Shown one piece after another: positions 62,935 through 64,000 of a stretch of DNA of 64,000 nt. The notes under the pieces are model-generated. The model worked only from the letters and a program-made list of their open reading frames with translations. It was not told where the DNA came from and ran no database searches. The first letter of the stretch is position 1. Each line of letters opens with the position of its first letter. A program made the position numbers and the translations under genes. This DNA comes from an uncultured Candidatus Saccharibacteria bacterium (GTDB lineage Bacteria > Patescibacteriota > Doudnabacteria > UBA920). The DNA is taken from NCBI GenBank assembly GCA_964521955.1, contig CAZFTX010000005.1, positions 804-64,803 on the forward strand, in the 5' to 3' direction.

Positions 62935-63876
62935 TTAGTTCAATGACCATCTTGTAAAAATTCCGGTAGATATTAATCTTCCGGTTTTTTTATGGGGATG
63001 TTTTAAACAGAGTTCCCCGAATTCTATTTTTCCAGCGCGGTCTTTTAGGGAATCTTGTAACAAATTGTTTAAAGCTAAAGCCGAGGAGTTGGTTGCGTAA
63101 GCGTTGACAATTAAAAATTTTGCGTTTTGTGAAAGTAGTGAAATGCAGTCGCTGAGTAAGTCAGGTAAGTCTTGGTTAAATCTCCAAGTTTTTCCGGTTG
63201 GGGAGTGGCCGAAAGCGGGTGGGTCCATGATTATACCTTCATATTGTGCGCCTCTTTTAAGTTCGCGTTTTACAAATTTTGCTGCGTCGTCGAGTATCCA
63301 CCTAACAGAGTCTTTAGGTAGGTTGTTAAGTTTGTGGTTTTCGTTCGCCCAAGTTAATGTAGGCTTAGAAGCGTCTACGTGGGTTACCAAGGCCCCAGCT
63401 TTGGCTAAAACTACAGTTGCCCCACCGGTGTAACCAAATAAATTTAGTACTTTAAATTTATTTGGAGTTATAAAGTTATCAGGTTGAAAGTTTTTCAAGT
63501 TTTGACTCTTTATAACTTTATGACTTGATGAACTTGATAACTGTTTAGTCATCCAATCCCAGTTGGCTGCTTGTTCAGCAAACAGACCCGTATGTTTAAA
63601 TGGAGAGAGCTTAAGCTTAAAAACAGTGTTTTTAAACTTAATACTCCAGTTATGAGGGATATTTTTTTTAATTTTCCAAGAACCTTTTTCTTTGTCTTTG
63701 TCAGTTGTAAAAACCGCCCAAGCTTTGTTCCATTCAGACTCAGGTAGTGTTCTTTCCCAAATAATTTGAGGGTCAGGCCTTTGCAAAATTACTTCACCCC
63801 ATTTTTCTAAACGAAAACCAGACCCCGTGTCCAAAAGTTCAAAGTCCCAGGGTTGGTCGTAAAATTCTAAAAGCAT
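62935..63876 (-). CDS. class I SAM-dependent RNA methyltransferase (RlmI/YccW-like)
   Basis: 313 aa; LNLFGYTGGATVVLAKAGA SAM motif, IIMDPPAFGHSP (DPPxF) catalytic motif, N-terminal PUA-like region. Confidence 0.7.
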   Translation of the reverse strand: MLLEFYDQPWDFELLDTGSGFRLEKWGEVILQRPDPQIIWERTLPESEWNKAWAVFTTDKDKEKGSWKIKKNIPHNWSIKFKNTVFKLKLSPFKHTGLFAEQAANWDWMTKQLSSSSSHKVIKSQNLKNFQPDNFITPNKFKVLNLFGYTGGATVVLAKAGALVTHVDASKPTLTWANENHKLNNLPKDSVRWILDDAAKFVKRELKRGAQYEGIIMDPPAFGHSPTGKTWRFNQDLPDLLSDCISLLSQNAKFLIVNAYATNSSALALNNLLQDSLKDRAGKIEFGELCLKHPHKKTGRLISTGIFTRWSLN

Positions 63877-64000
63877 ATTATAAAATGATCAAAAATGACA
63901 CAATTGACCAAAATTGATCAAAAATAGTTAATAAATAAATTATCACTAATCACTATTTCGCGACTATGTCACCTAGGCGGAAAACTTCCAAAGTTCCTTC

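Noticed and set aside
1-64000. CRISPR arrays, rRNA genes, transposases and integrases
   Set aside because: No repeat-spacer periodicity was seen; the (ATCAGNNN)x3 units are too short and irregular. No DDE transposase or tyrosine/serine recombinase signature was found among the ORFs. No rRNA-like sequence was present.

Overview
This is a 64 kb AT-rich bacterial chromosomal segment. The core genes are roughly 35-40% GC by eye. Gene content and order suggest a small-genome monoderm lineage, possibly CPR/Patescibacteria-like; this is inference only. The supporting features are sortase plus an LPXTG substrate, a type IV pilus locus, an hrcA-grpE-dnaK-dnaJ operon, RNase J, rpsF-ssb-rpsR, many small hypothetical genes and few Shine-Dalgarno sites.

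Core genes, in order:
- valS (5' part, running off the window start), tsaD, TerC, a CaCA antiporter and a VIT-family protein
- tRNA-Glu, pyrD, htrA, trxB, a riboflavin kinase, an EamA transporter and a large Asn/Tyr-rich Ig-like surface protein
- an EEP nuclease/phosphatase, efp, rpsR-ssb-rpsF, ychF, manB, trpS and rnj
- tRNA-Leu(CAG) with an adjacent partial copy
- an oligopeptide-type SBP, secG, uvrC and uvrA
- a type IV pilus cluster: PilB, PilC, five pilin-like genes (two fused to LVIVD beta-propellers) and a major pilin
- an LPRTG-anchored protein with a sortase-like gene
- a TrpR/YerC-like regulator, then CIRCE-hrcA-grpE-dnaK-dnaJ, a CheY-like receiver and an RlmI-like methyltransferase

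Superimposed on this are numerous short GC-rich (about 55-60%) self-contained gene modules. The largest is a ~5.4 kb island between uvrA and pilB carrying three PEP-CTERM proteins. Each of those three is preceded by a ~122-129 bp palindromic (MITE-like) element. A fourth PEP-CTERM gene sits inside the pilus operon, and no exosortase is present in the window.

Dispersed non-coding repeat families are also present:
- a ~150 bp structured element with compensatory hairpin changes
- an identical 34 bp palindrome pair bracketing the pilus cluster
- AT-rich TTAGAAYAATTAG motif arrays
- ATCAG-periodic units

No rRNA, CRISPR array, transposase or integrase was recognised.
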